64,000 nucleotides of DNA from Acidobacteriota bacterium (GCA_019639255.1 JAHBSF010000012.1:643-64642); one strand, 5' to 3'; positions 26,755 to 36,740 are shown, numbered from the stretch's first letter. Made by a program: numbers and translations. The notes: generated by a model from the sequence alone, not told the origin.

Positions 26755-28179
26755 GGTTTTATAGAACAGATGCATCTGCTGATTGCGAGGGCCGCCGTGC
26801 ATTTGCCGGTGAACTTTGAAAAACCGGCCGTGCAGTCCATATTCCATTGAACGCAGCGGCCTGTAGCCCAGCGCGGGGAAGTCCCCCGCCGTGAGTCCGA
26901 ACCATTTCGGCCCCGTATCTCCGTCCCAGAACACGAGCGTTTGCGGCGGCAGGCTTTGAATATATTCGATGTTCTTTTCCCGGTCGGATGTCAGGTTAAG
27001 GCGATCGACAATTCCGCACCGCAGTCGTATGCACATATAGACCTGGCTGAATACCAGTCGCTCAACCGGCAACTGCTGGGTTTCAAACCATCCGGCCATT
27101 TCATCTATAGCCACGGCGTCTCGGGAATACCTGTCTCCGTCCACATAGAAAAACGCAAATAGCGCCGACAATGCGAGCACCATCGTAGCAGCCGTGCGCC
27201 GGCGCAACCAGTGTAGTTCTTCCCATCCGGCAAGGGTGATCAGGACAATTGCTGGCGAAACGCATACAAGGTATCGCGCATATCCGGCTGCGCCGAACCA
27301 TCCATTCGCAAACATAACGGCGTGCAGCGCAAGCAGAAACAATACGGCTGACACGCCGGTTAAAAACCTGCGGCGCAGCAGCAGACTCCGGATGCCCAGC
27401 AGGAACAGCGGCAATAAAACAGGTCCGACAATGAGGGGCAGAATATAGAGATACCACCACCAGGGCCCGCGCCCGTTTGCAGCGCTCGCCGCCCCCCAGT
27501 CGCGCGGCCAGTTGTTGGGTATCCACATCGGGTCGCCCGTAATGAGCCACGCCGCACACCACCACAACACCGCACCCGCAGCCAGAATCAACACATCGGG
27601 AATCCTGAGCATCCACCTGCGCGCGCTGCGCCGATCCAACAGCACCCACAGTCCCCACAATATTCCGATAAACGCGCCTTCCGGCCGTACCAGTATCAGC
27701 AGCGAGGCGGCAAGCGCGCCAGTTCGGAGATGTCCCTCTTCGTGCCATTTGAGCGCAGTGACGAAAATCAGCGCAAACAGCGGCTCGGTCATCGTCGTCG
27801 AACATATGAGCAGATAAGCGGGCTGTATGAACAGGAGCGGAATGGCGAGTTCCGCCCGGTCGAGTCTGAGATGCACTGCAAGTCGCCAGGTTTGACGCGC
27901 GGTCGCTATGCACACCGCAACGGTGAAAAGCTTGGCAGCCGGATAACCGAACATCGACGGAAACGAATAAACCAGCGTGAAAAGTGGGCGCGCCCAGACA
28001 TTGACGAAATAACTCGGCTCCTGCCAACCCCATTGTGCGAGCAGGAAATGATACCCGGCGTCCTGCTGATCCCCGTCCCGATACAGCACTGCGAGGGCCG
28101 CGCCTGCCGCCGCCGCCGCCGCAAGCCACGCAGTAGCGCGCCGGTGCTGCTCCGGCCGTATGCTGTACCAGTAGTGCAT
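26731..28179 (-). CDS. polytopic membrane protein, GT-C-type glycosyltransferase-like (ArnT/PMT_2-like)
   Basis: Many TM helices with an acidic first loop (YRDGDQQDAGYHF). The family call is tentative. The last 9 codons (KTEITEQTK, then stop) are repeat R8 sequence. Confidence 0.45.
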   Translation of the reverse strand: MHYWYSIRPEQHRRATAWLAAAAAAGAALAVLYRDGDQQDAGYHFLLAQWGWQEPSYFVNVWARPLFTLVYSFPSMFGYPAAKLFTVAVCIATARQTWRLAVHLRLDRAELAIPLLFIQPAYLLICSTTMTEPLFALIFVTALKWHEEGHLRTGALAASLLILVRPEGAFIGILWGLWVLLDRRSARRWMLRIPDVLILAAGAVLWWCAAWLITGDPMWIPNNWPRDWGAASAANGRGPWWWYLYILPLIVGPVLLPLFLLGIRSLLLRRRFLTGVSAVLFLLALHAVMFANGWFGAAGYARYLVCVSPAIVLITLAGWEELHWLRRRTAATMVLALSALFAFFYVDGDRYSRDAVAIDEMAGWFETQQLPVERLVFSQVYMCIRLRCGIVDRLNLTSDREKNIEYIQSLPPQTLVFWDGDTGPKWFGLTAGDFPALGYRPLRSMEYGLHGRFFKVHRQMHGGPRNQQMHLFYKTEITEQTK

Positions 28180-28205
28180 AACTGAAAATCGTACGTCAGC
28201 AAAAA

Positions 28206-28290
28206 GGCTACGGAACAAACGAAATGATACAAAAATTACGGAAAAGTTGGATATTTCTGTCTGTTCCGTGTTTTTTCGTTTGTTCCGTTT
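28206..28290. repeat. family element R9
   Basis: GGCTACGGAACAAACGAAATGATACAAAAATTACGGAAAAGTTGGATATTTCTGTCTGTTCCGTGTTTTTTCGTTTGTTCCGTT. Confidence 0.85.
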
Positions 28291-28297
28291 TTCGGAT

Positions 28298-29503
28298 TTA
28301 ATCGACGAGCACGCTGAAGTGTCTCAATCCGACCGAAACAGCATCGCCGGGGTGAAGCCCGAAATGCCGAGCGTCCCATTTCGTCCGCAGCGCTTTGATA
28401 ACGATCCCGGAGCGCGCACTCGAACGCTGAAGCGAACCGGTCTGAAACTGCGAGCGCGCCTCGGAAATCGAACTCAATTCACCCTTGCCCGTCAGCCGCA
28501 CCATTACGGCTTCGGATGCGCCCGTGAACGATACATCTACGATTTCGCCCCTACCGAGCGGATACGGAGTTTCGGGCGTCGATGCAGGAGTCGAAAGCAC
28601 TACATCTTCGGGCCTGAAAACAACCTTCACCGGTCCGGGATTTACCGAATTGTATCGAATCGGCAGCAGTCGTTCGGGATCGAGTTCTATGGCGCCGGTG
28701 TGAGCGATCGCGGCAACAACGTTGGCGGCGCCGAGGAAAGTGGCGACGAATTCCGTTTTCGGTTCGTTATAAACCTGGTCGGGCGTACCCGTCTGTTCGA
28801 GCCGGCCGCGATTGAGGATTGCGATGTGATCTCCGAGCTCCATCGCTTCTTCCTGATCGTGGGTGATGAAAAGCGCGGGAACGCGCAAACGGCGCAGCAG
28901 CGCGCGAATGTCGCGCCGCAGACCGACGCGCGTTTGCGGATCGAGCGCGCTGAAAGACTCGTCAAACAGCAGCACATCGGGTTCATAAGCCAGCGCGCGA
29001 GCGATCGCCACCCGCTGTTGCTGTCCGCCCGAAATCTGCCACGGATATTTGTCGCGATGCTCGGCCAACCCGATCAAGACCAGCATCCGGTCGGTGATTT
29101 CGGCGCGCTTGTGCGACTTGACTCCGCGTATTCTCAACCCGAAGCCGATGTTTTCGGCTACGGTCATGCGAGGGAACAGCGCGTAGTTCTGAAAGATGAC
29201 GCCCACGTTGCGATCGCGCGCCCTGAGGCGTTCAACGCTGCGTCCGTGCAGAAAGATCTCGCCGCCGTCGGGGTGTTCGAGCCCCGCAATCAACCGCAGC
29301 GTTGTGCTTTTTCCGCTTCCCGAATGTCCGAGCAGCACGAGGCTTTCGCCCTCGGCTACGGTAAAGCTCACGTCGTCGAGCACCCGCTCGGCGCCGAAGC
29401 TTTTTGTAAGATTGCGGACCGTCAGCGCGGCTTCAAGATCGGGCGTGTGATCGGCGAACGCCTTCATTTCGGGGAATATTGAAACCATTGTCTGTCTCGC
29501 CAT
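28298..29503 (-). CDS. cysA: sulfate/thiosulfate ABC transporter ATP-binding protein
   Basis: Walker A GHSGSGKST, signature ISGGQQQRVAIARAL, Walker B LLFDE. Adjacent to the sulfate permease and binding protein. Confidence 0.85.
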   Translation of the reverse strand: MARQTMVSIFPEMKAFADHTPDLEAALTVRNLTKSFGAERVLDDVSFTVAEGESLVLLGHSGSGKSTTLRLIAGLEHPDGGEIFLHGRSVERLRARDRNVGVIFQNYALFPRMTVAENIGFGLRIRGVKSHKRAEITDRMLVLIGLAEHRDKYPWQISGGQQQRVAIARALAYEPDVLLFDESFSALDPQTRVGLRRDIRALLRRLRVPALFITHDQEEAMELGDHIAILNRGRLEQTGTPDQVYNEPKTEFVATFLGAANVVAAIAHTGAIELDPERLLPIRYNSVNPGPVKVVFRPEDVVLSTPASTPETPYPLGRGEIVDVSFTGASEAVMVRLTGKGELSSISEARSQFQTGSLQRSSARSGIVIKALRTKWDARHFGLHPGDAVSVGLRHFSVLVD

Positions 29504-29548
29504 AGGCCGCCTCGCGCGGGCGCCGCATCAATACTGAGGGCGCGCCTA

Positions 29549-30382
29549 TTACCGTCCAAGTCGTTTTCGGAATACGATGATCATCGAAAAAATCGCAAAA
29601 CTGATTATCGCCAGCACCGCCGCGATAGCGTTTGCGCCCTCGATGTCTCCCTCGTTGAACTTCGTGTAAATGTAAAGCGGCGCGGTTTGCGTCTTCATCG
29701 CAAGATTGCCGCTCACCATTATCGTCGAACCGAACTCTCCGATCGAACGCGCAAAAGTAAGCAACGCGCCCGTGATTATTGCACCTCGGAGGCTCGGCAA
29801 CACCACATAGCGGAACGTCTGCCATCTTGTAGCGCCGATGGTTTCCGCAGCGTCTTCGTAGCTTGTATCCAGATTGTCGAGCGCCGGTTTGATTACTCCG
29901 AATGCAAGAGGAAACGTAACGAATATGTTTGCAAGGATGATTGCGGAAGTCGTGAACATCACCTGGATGTCGGTATGTTCGAGAAACTGCCCCAGCAATC
30001 CGCTGCGCCCCCAAAGCAGCAGCAACGCAAATCCGGCTACGGCCGTCGGTATGGCCGTAGGCAGACTGATGATTATTGTAAGCGAGGAATCGCCCGGGAA
30101 TTCGTATTTGCTGAGAACGTAAGCCGCGATTATGCCGAACACGACGTTGCAGGCGGTAGCAACGCTGCTCGTCATAATGCTCAGCTTCAACGAAAACAGT
30201 GCTGCCGGGTTTACGAGCGCCTCCCAGAAATGCACCGGCCCCTTGCTCAGTCCGAAGATGAATATCGACGCAAGCGGTAGTATCACGAGCGGAAGCATCG
30301 CCGTGACTACAACGCCTACGCCGATGGGCCGCGCCAGATCGGTCCGCCGCGCAACAGCCTGAAGATCCTTTTTCCGCGCCAT
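29549..30382 (-). CDS. sulfate ABC transporter permease (CysT/CysW type), single copy
   Basis: 277-aa six-TM ABC permease lying between cysA and the Sbp-like binding protein. Confidence 0.8.
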   Translation of the reverse strand: MARKKDLQAVARRTDLARPIGVGVVVTAMLPLVILPLASIFIFGLSKGPVHFWEALVNPAALFSLKLSIMTSSVATACNVVFGIIAAYVLSKYEFPGDSSLTIIISLPTAIPTAVAGFALLLLWGRSGLLGQFLEHTDIQVMFTTSAIILANIFVTFPLAFGVIKPALDNLDTSYEDAAETIGATRWQTFRYVVLPSLRGAIITGALLTFARSIGEFGSTIMVSGNLAMKTQTAPLYIYTKFNEGDIEGANAIAAVLAIISFAIFSMIIVFRKRLGR

Positions 30383-30405
30383 AATTCAAAATCGGGGGCA
30401 AACAA

Positions 30406-30533
30406 GCGAGATAACGGAACAAACGAAATAAGACGGAAACTACGAAAATATTCACCTTTTCTGTAATTTTCGTTTCATTTCGTTTGTTTCGTCATCTCGC
30501 TTTTTTGTCACAATGTCGTGTAGTTTGATTTAG
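30406..30533. repeat. family element R10 (core 30406-30500 plus tail module)
   Basis: GCGAGATAACGGAACAAACGAAATAAGACGGAAACTACG...TTTCGTTTCATTTCGTTTGTTTCGTCATCTCGC, followed by the tail TTTTTTGTCACAATGTCGTGTAGTTTGATTTAG. Confidence 0.9.
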
Positions 30534-31585
30534 TTCGCAATCAGGATGCGTTGTTTCCAGACCGATTCAACAATTTCCGGATAGGCCCGCTCCCAGCCGC
30601 CGAATTCGGCTACGGTAAACGGCATCGCAATTCGCGCAAATCTCGGCTGCTGATCATTAAGATCTTCGTCGGTTACAGCGCGAAAATAATGCTTCACCCA
30701 GGCGCGCTGAGCCGTTTCGCTCCACAGATACCTTGCAAAGAGTTCCACGAGTGCGTATTTCGCGGGCGTCATCCCGTGATCGATTATGACTACAGGATGC
30801 TCGCTCAGGATCGTGGCCGGCGGGGCGACGATCTCGCAGGGAATTTTTTTGTCCTGGAGTTGAAGCGCTTCGAGTTCGTAGGTCACAAGCGCATCGCCCT
30901 CGCCGCGCTCGAACTGCGTGCGGGCCTCGCGCGCAGAGCCCGGCGTTGCGATGACGTTTTTCCATACCGAACGCAACAATTCAAACGCTTTCGCATCGTC
31001 GGGGCGCCCGGTTCGCCGCCGCGATTTGACTATTTCCGATCCGTATATCGACAGCAGAGCCCACTGCCCCGCTCCCGAAGATATCGGATCAGGATGCAGA
31101 AGCTTCACGCCCGAACGCGCAAGATCCGAATAATCCCGGATCTTTTTCGGATTGCCGGGACGAACCACTATCACCATCGGCGTACGGTTAACGATTCCTG
31201 CGTTCGGCAGCGTGCGCCAGTCGGAGCGTGTAGCGCCGCCGGCAAGCAATCGCGCCGCATTGCGATCTATTGCCAGTATCGCAAGATCCGCCTCCACGCC
31301 CGACAGGATCTGATTCGTGGCGATTTCCGACGCGGCGAAAGATCCCTCGAAAGTTATTTTTTGCCCGGTCTTTTTCTCCCATTCCGCCTCAAAGGCAGGG
31401 AAGATTTCGCTTCTGAGCGGCTCCTGCGCGACGCTGAACCCGTAAACCGTGATCGTAGCCTCGCGCGCGGTAAACGAACTGCGCCTGCACCCAGGCGATC
31501 CAATGGTCAGGATCAGTATTAATGAAAGGATCGAACCTGAGACAACCCGCCGATCGATAAACCTGCCGCTCGCCACTCGCCCCAC
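30530..31585 (-). CDS. cysP: sulfate/thiosulfate-binding periplasmic protein (Sbp/CysP family)
   Basis: Collinear similarity to E. coli Sbp from memory (..GVEADLAILAID.., ..VVRPGNPKKIRDYSDL.., ..HPDPISSGAGQWA..). Confidence 0.85.
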   Translation of the reverse strand: MGRVASGRFIDRRVVSGSILSLILILTIGSPGCRRSSFTAREATITVYGFSVAQEPLRSEIFPAFEAEWEKKTGQKITFEGSFAASEIATNQILSGVEADLAILAIDRNAARLLAGGATRSDWRTLPNAGIVNRTPMVIVVRPGNPKKIRDYSDLARSGVKLLHPDPISSGAGQWALLSIYGSEIVKSRRRTGRPDDAKAFELLRSVWKNVIATPGSAREARTQFERGEGDALVTYELEALQLQDKKIPCEIVAPPATILSEHPVVIIDHGMTPAKYALVELFARYLWSETAQRAWVKHYFRAVTDEDLNDQQPRFARIAMPFTVAEFGGWERAYPEIVESVWKQRILIAN

Positions 31586-31956
31586 CTCCGTGCTACGGGT
31601 AATCCGATGCTGCGATCGTAGTAGTGAAGCCCTCAGGCTGTCTTAAAGCAATAGTCAGGGCGAATGCCTGCTGGATGGATTTCCGGTAGAACCGACTCGA
31701 ATGCCCCCGAATGCCGACAGAGTAGTCGCTCAGGGCAGTTTGGTGTGATCGCATTCGGGGATAGTAATTTGATTCTGCTTTTTAGTTCCCTAACCGGATC
31801 TCAGGCACTCGTTCGATCGTCGGTGTCAACGCTGCATTGAACGTCGGTAAACTATAATTGAGAGCCGCAAATGATGCCGCTCCCCGGCGACACCTTATAC
31901 ACGCTCACCTGAGTGTTGTCAACGCGCCGGATGATGCTGCAAAGCGCCCGTTGCCC

Positions 31957-32655
31957 TCAAAGATGGATGCCGCATTCCAGCTTCTTTTCCCCATCCCATC
32001 TGCCCGATCGTTCGTGCTCGCCCGCAGAGGTGCGGCGCGTACACGGCGCGCATCCGATCGATGTGAATCCGTCATCGTAAAGGGAATTATAAGGAAGGCG
32101 ATTACTGAAGATGTAATCCCATACGCGCTCGCGCGTCCAGCCCGCAATCGGATTGATCTTAACCATCCTGCGGCGCTCGTTCCATTCCACTACGCCGATG
32201 CCCTCACGCGTGGGAGATGCATCGCGCCGCAACGCGGCAATCCACGCATCGTAAGGCGCCAGCGCCGAAGCAAGCGGCTCGACTTTCCTCAGACGGCAGC
32301 ACAAATCCGAATCGCGCGAGTGAAGCCGCTCGCCGTATATCCGGTCCTGCTCCTCTACGCTCAGTTCCGCGCGCACTTCAATGATGTTGACGCCGAGGCG
32401 TGCGCGCACTTCTTCTTTCAACCTGTCCGTCTCGGCGAACTGATAACCGGTTTCGACGTAAAGTACGGGCGTAGCCGGCGCAATCCGCCGCAAATGATCC
32501 AGCACCACTACACCCTCTACGCCGAAGTTCGACGTCATTACCAGGCGCGGAGCAAACTCTGCGACCGCCCATTCAAGTATCCGATCTACCGATTCGCTCT
32601 CGAATTCACGCGCCCACCGTGCGATCCGTCCGGCGCTCGGCGATATCCGCTCCAT
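31957..32655 (-). CDS. cysH: phosphoadenosine phosphosulfate (or APS) reductase
   Basis: PAPS-reductase fold motif MTSNFGVEGVVVLDHL and the C-terminal ECGIHL. The latest possible canonical start is 32655, so the gene overlaps sirC by at least 50 nt. Confidence 0.85.
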   Translation of the reverse strand: MERISPSAGRIARWAREFESESVDRILEWAVAEFAPRLVMTSNFGVEGVVVLDHLRRIAPATPVLYVETGYQFAETDRLKEEVRARLGVNIIEVRAELSVEEQDRIYGERLHSRDSDLCCRLRKVEPLASALAPYDAWIAALRRDASPTREGIGVVEWNERRRMVKINPIAGWTRERVWDYIFSNRLPYNSLYDDGFTSIGCAPCTRRTSAGEHERSGRWDGEKKLECGIHL

Positions 32656-33307
32656 AGTCGCGTTCATGCTTCTCCCTCCATTCACCCAACAGATCCTCTA
32701 TAATTTGAATCGCCTGTTCCCGCCGCCCGGCGCGCAGCAGCTCAATCGCATCCGATTCGACGAATTCCCGCAATACGTCGCGCCGCTTTCCAAAATCCGG
32801 AATCAGCTTTTTTGCGATCTCGCGCATCTGCGAAGCGAGTGCGAGCAACTCGCCGTACTCTTCTCCGATCAATTCGCCGATCTCGCGCTTTACGCGCTGC
32901 GCCAGTACGGGCGAACCGCCACCGGTAGAAATACCAATCTGCAACTCCCCACGAACAACGAGCGCAGGCGTTATGAAATCGCACAATTCGGGATCATCGA
33001 CTATGTTGCACAAAACACCGCGCGCCCGCGCCGCAGCAGCAACCACTTCGTTAATCGCTCGATTATTCGTCGCGCCTATCACGAGCATCACGCCGTCAAT
33101 ATCGCCTGCATCGAACGATTTCAGCCTGTGCTCTATCCGGCGCTCATTCGCGAGTCGCAAAAGCTCAGGCGTAAGATCCGGGCTGACGATGCGAACGCGC
33201 GCGCCCGCTTCCAATAGCTGTACGGATTTGCCCTCTGCTACTGCACCGCCTCCGACTACGAGCACAGGCCGGTTCACCAGATCCATATGTGCAGGGTAGT
33301 AACGCAT
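32606..33307 (-). CDS. sirC: precorrin-2 dehydrogenase / sirohydrochlorin ferrochelatase (siroheme synthase N-domain type)
   Basis: Rossmann motif VLVVGGGAVAEGK. Located between cobA and cysH. Confidence 0.75.
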   Translation of the reverse strand: MRYYPAHMDLVNRPVLVVGGGAVAEGKSVQLLEAGARVRIVSPDLTPELLRLANERRIEHRLKSFDAGDIDGVMLVIGATNNRAINEVVAAAARARGVLCNIVDDPELCDFITPALVVRGELQIGISTGGGSPVLAQRVKREIGELIGEEYGELLALASQMREIAKKLIPDFGKRRDVLREFVESDAIELLRAGRREQAIQIIEDLLGEWREKHERDYGADIAERRTDRTVGA

Positions 33308-33312
33308 AAGAA

Positions 33313-34137
33313 TCAACGAAGCCTGGAGAAAACGACGTCAGCATTCCCAGCATTCAGCGTCTTCGCTTCAGTGTATTCCGCGGTCATTTTTTCCTCGAAC
33401 CAGGCAAGCCGCTCGCGCAGTCCCACGACCGGCCCTACGACAATGATCGCGGGCGAGGATATGCAATCGCGCTCGGCGTGCGCAGCCATTTTCCCGAGCG
33501 TGCTTATGCACACCTTCTGCCGGTCGTAAGTCCCCCATTGCACTATCGCTACCTTGTCGTCTGCTGCGCGGCCGTGCGCGACGAGTTTCGCCGCAATTTC
33601 GCGCAGGTGGGATACGCCCATAAAAAACACTATCGTATCTACTCCGCGCGCCAGATGCTCCCACCTTATCGACGACTGCGGCTTGGAAGGATCTTCGTGG
33701 CCCGTTACAAACGCTACGGAACTGCTCACTCCGCGATGCGTGACCGGTATCCCGGCGTAAGCGGGAACCGAGGTGCCCGCAGAAACACCCGGAACGATTT
33801 CCAATGCGATGCCTTCGGCTGCAAGAGCGTCGGCTTCTTCTCCGCCGCGCCCGAATATGAACGGATCGCCGCCCTTCAAGCGAACGACGCTTTCGTATTC
33901 CCGGGCTTTTGTTACAAGCAATCGGTTGATTTCCTCCTGCTTCCAGCCCGCGCCGCCTCCGCGTTTTCCCACGTCTATCAGTTCTGCGTAAGGCGGGGCG
34001 TGATCGAGAATCTCGGGGTTGACCAGATAGTCGTAGATGACGCAATCCGCCATTGCCAGACAATCGCGGCCCTTTAGCGTCAGCAGTCCCGGATCTCCCG
34101 GCCCCGCTCCCACCAGATAAACGCGCGCGTTTTTCAT
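33313..34137 (-). CDS. cobA: uroporphyrinogen-III C-methyltransferase
   Basis: [21 protein letters not shown]-dependent tetrapyrrole methylase motif. ATGA overlap with the cysC stop at 34134-34137. Confidence 0.9.
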   Translation of the reverse strand: MKNARVYLVGAGPGDPGLLTLKGRDCLAMADCVIYDYLVNPEILDHAPPYAELIDVGKRGGGAGWKQEEINRLLVTKAREYESVVRLKGGDPFIFGRGGEEADALAAEGIALEIVPGVSAGTSVPAYAGIPVTHRGVSSSVAFVTGHEDPSKPQSSIRWEHLARGVDTIVFFMGVSHLREIAAKLVAHGRAADDKVAIVQWGTYDRQKVCISTLGKMAAHAERDCISSPAIIVVGPVVGLRERLAWFEEKMTAEYTEAKTLNAGNADVVFSRLR

Positions 34138-34706
34138 CGCACCGCCCTCGCGCGTTCGAGGAGTTGCAATTCTTCCAGCCGGGACAGTATTTTCGCCGCG
34201 CTTTCCTCAACCGTCTCCCGGTCGCTTTCTACAACTACCTCCGGCCTGACGGGCTCTTCATACGGATCGGAAACGCCCGTAAACTGCTTGATTTCTCCCG
34301 CAAGCGCCTTTTTGTAAAGTCCCTTTACATCGCGCGCGATCAATGCATCCAGCGAGGCTTTGACGTAAACCTCGACAAACGCGGCGCCGTCGGCCTCGAC
34401 CGAAGCGCGCACCTCGTCGCGTATCTCGCGATACGGTGAGATCGCCGCAGCGATCACGCCTACACCGTTGCGTGAAAGCAGCCGGCTCACGTATCCGATA
34501 CGGCGTATGTTTGCATCCCTGTCTTCTTTTGAAAAACCGAGTCCCTTGCTGAGATTGGTTCTGACTTCATCTCCGTCGAGAACCTCTACGGCAATTCCGC
34601 GCAAGCGCAATTGCGGTACGAGGGCCTCTGTGAGCGTGGTTTTTCCTGCGCCCGACAATCCCGTAAACCAGAGTGTAAATCCTCTCTCCACCTGTTGCTG
34701 CGACAT
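34134..34706 (-). CDS. cysC: adenylylsulfate (APS) kinase
   Basis: [18 protein letters not shown]-loop and overall APS-kinase sequence. The ATG at 34706 (MSQQQVERG) is preferred. Confidence 0.9.
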   Translation of the reverse strand: MSQQQVERGFTLWFTGLSGAGKTTLTEALVPQLRLRGIAVEVLDGDEVRTNLSKGLGFSKEDRDANIRRIGYVSRLLSRNGVGVIAAAISPYREIRDEVRASVEADGAAFVEVYVKASLDALIARDVKGLYKKALAGEIKQFTGVSDPYEEPVRPEVVVESDRETVEESAAKILSRLEELQLLERARAVR

Positions 34707-34763
34707 CTTTGTTCCTGCTTCCCCTTCCCTTTTCCCGTTAACCCGATAAGCGTGAGACGGCAA

Positions 34764-34891
34764 GAGAGATAACGGAACAAACCAAATAAGACGGAAAAGA
34801 CGAAAATATTGAACTTTTCAGTAATTTTCGACTCATTTCGTTTGTTCCGTTATCTCTCTTCACTGTCCCGAAGTCGTGTTGTTTGATTTAG
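34764..34891. repeat. family element R11 (core plus tail module)
   Basis: GAGAGATAACGGAACAAACCAAATAAGACGG...CATTTCGTTTGTTCCGTTATCTCTC, followed by the tail TTCACTGTCCCGAAGTCGTGTTGTTTGATTTAG. Confidence 0.9.
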
Positions 34892-34896
34892 GTTCA

Positions 34897-36054
34897 TCAG
34901 GCTGCTGCCAGCCCCTCGATAAGCACCCTTGCAACTTCGGGCCGCGTAAACTCGCCCGGTGGAATTTCGCCGCGCGAGAGCAGTTCCCGCACTCGTGTGC
35001 CGCTGAGCGCTACGTGATGCTCCGACGCATGCGGGCAGGTCTTGGCCGACGCCATACCGTCGCATTTACGGCAAAAAAACGTGTTGTCGAAAAACATCGG
35101 CGTTATTCCAATCGCACCCGGCTCGAACTCGCCGAATATGTTCTGCGCGTCGTAGGTGCCGTAGTAATTCCCCACGCCCGCGTGATCGCGCCCGACGATG
35201 AAATGCGAGCAGCCGTAGTTCTGGCGGATTATCGCGTGAAAGATCGCTTCGCGCGGCCCAGCGTACCGCATCGCCGCGGGCAGTACGGCCAGGAGCGTCC
35301 GTGCAAGTGGGTAATAGTTTTCGATAATCACTTCATAGGCGCGCATGCGCACTGAAGCCGGAATATCATCGGATTTCGTTTCGCCCACTATTGGGTGGAG
35401 CACCAGTCCGTCTACGGTTTCGAGCGCGCACTTCTGAATGTATTCGTGCGCGCGATGCACGGGATTGCGCGTCTGGAAGGCGACGATGCGACGCCAGCCG
35501 CGTTCGGAAAAAAGCGCGCGCAGTTCCCGGGGCGAATATCTGTAAGGGGAGAACTGCGCGCCGTGGGGGTGCTCGACAAGATTGATGCGGCCGCCGAGCA
35601 GGTATTCGCCCTGCGCGTACAGCGCCTGCACGCCCGGATGTTTTTCTTCGGTTGTTCGGTAAACTTCTGCGGCTTCGCGAGTTTTGTCGTATGTGTAGAT
35701 TTCCGACAGATGCAGCACGGCGGCGAGACTTCCGTCCGATGAACGCAGCGCAACATCATCCCCGATATTAAGGCGCGCGCGTTCTTCGGCCGTGACCGAT
35801 AGCGTAACCGGGATGGTCCATACCAGTCCGTTTGCGAGACGACGACCGTCGCGCACCGCCAGATAATCGGCTTCGCCCATAAAACCTTCGAGGGGCGAAA
35901 ACGCGCCGTTGGCGATAAGTTCAATATCGGCAAGTTCGCGGGCGTTGAGCGCAAGCGAGGGCATGCGCGAGGCGTCGCGCAGCAGGCTTTCGCGGTGTGC
36001 ATCTCTTGCGGTTCGATCTACAAGGCTCCCGCCGTGGGGGGCTATCAGACTCAT
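34897..36054 (-). CDS. sat: sulfate adenylyltransferase (ATP sulfurylase)
   Basis: QTRNPVHRAHEYI and GRDHAGVGNYYG motifs. ATG at 36054 with GAAGGAG upstream. Confidence 0.9.
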   Translation of the reverse strand: MSLIAPHGGSLVDRTARDAHRESLLRDASRMPSLALNARELADIELIANGAFSPLEGFMGEADYLAVRDGRRLANGLVWTIPVTLSVTAEERARLNIGDDVALRSSDGSLAAVLHLSEIYTYDKTREAAEVYRTTEEKHPGVQALYAQGEYLLGGRINLVEHPHGAQFSPYRYSPRELRALFSERGWRRIVAFQTRNPVHRAHEYIQKCALETVDGLVLHPIVGETKSDDIPASVRMRAYEVIIENYYPLARTLLAVLPAAMRYAGPREAIFHAIIRQNYGCSHFIVGRDHAGVGNYYGTYDAQNIFGEFEPGAIGITPMFFDNTFFCRKCDGMASAKTCPHASEHHVALSGTRVRELLSRGEIPPGEFTRPEVARVLIEGLAAA

Positions 36055-36571
36055 GACGTTTTTCTGCTCCTTCTCGTGCGCGGCGTGGGCCTGAGCGTGA
36101 TGCCGCGCCAGTTGATTTCTATTTTCCAGCCGATGGAATTCAGTTGCAGGCTCATGAAATTGCCTCCGCATCGACAAAGCTCGCACCATTGCGTGCGCCT
36201 GTGAACGATGAGCAACTTCGGCCGTTAATGGGCCGAATCAGTTAACTGAAATTTCGGGAAGTTTTGCGAAGCGCAGGCTTCACGCGGCTAGCTACAACAA
36301 CAGGTGTGACAACAACAGGGAGCGAAAGAGGAGGGGGAAGCGGTCTGAGCGGAGGAGGAAGTCTGGCCGAAGGCGCGGGAGTTGTCAGAGGATCGTTCGC
36401 CTGAAGATCCTCCCCAGGCATCTGCCCGGTTATTTAATCGACTGAATCGACTTATCATCGTTACCTCACTTTACGCGGTACATACACAAACAAACGTTCG
36501 AGTCTTATACACAGACGATTCCTCGCTTGTCAATAGCGTTGAATCAAACCCCGCGGCTTCGGGGAATAAAA

Positions 36572-36666
36572 GAGAGATAACGAAACAAACGAAATGATAC
36601 GAAAATTACGGAAAAGTTGAATATTTCCGTCTGTTCCGTCTATTTTCGTTTGTTTCGTTATCTCTC
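36572..36666. repeat. family element R12
   Basis: GAGAGATAACGAAACAAACGAAATGATACGAAAATTACGGAAAAGTTGAATATTTCCGTCTGTTCCGTCTATTTTCGTTTGTTTCGTTATCTCTC. Confidence 0.95.
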
Positions 36667-36740
36667 TGTCTGTTCTCAGTTACGCGGAAATGGTCGATAA
36701 TACCCGACGGCAGTTCCCAATCCGTACAAGGAGCAAAACC

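Noticed and set aside
28247-29482. Long antisense ORFs opposite real genes. Examples are 28247..29482 opposite cysA, 24412..25833 opposite the RND pump, 48123..49214 and 46764..47831 opposite A2M, 57279..58466 opposite DUF4097, and 20033..21925 opposite leuS.
   Set aside because: These are typical shadow ORFs of GC-rich DNA. Their translations are Arg/Ala/Gly-rich with no motifs, and the opposite strand carries unmistakable family signatures.
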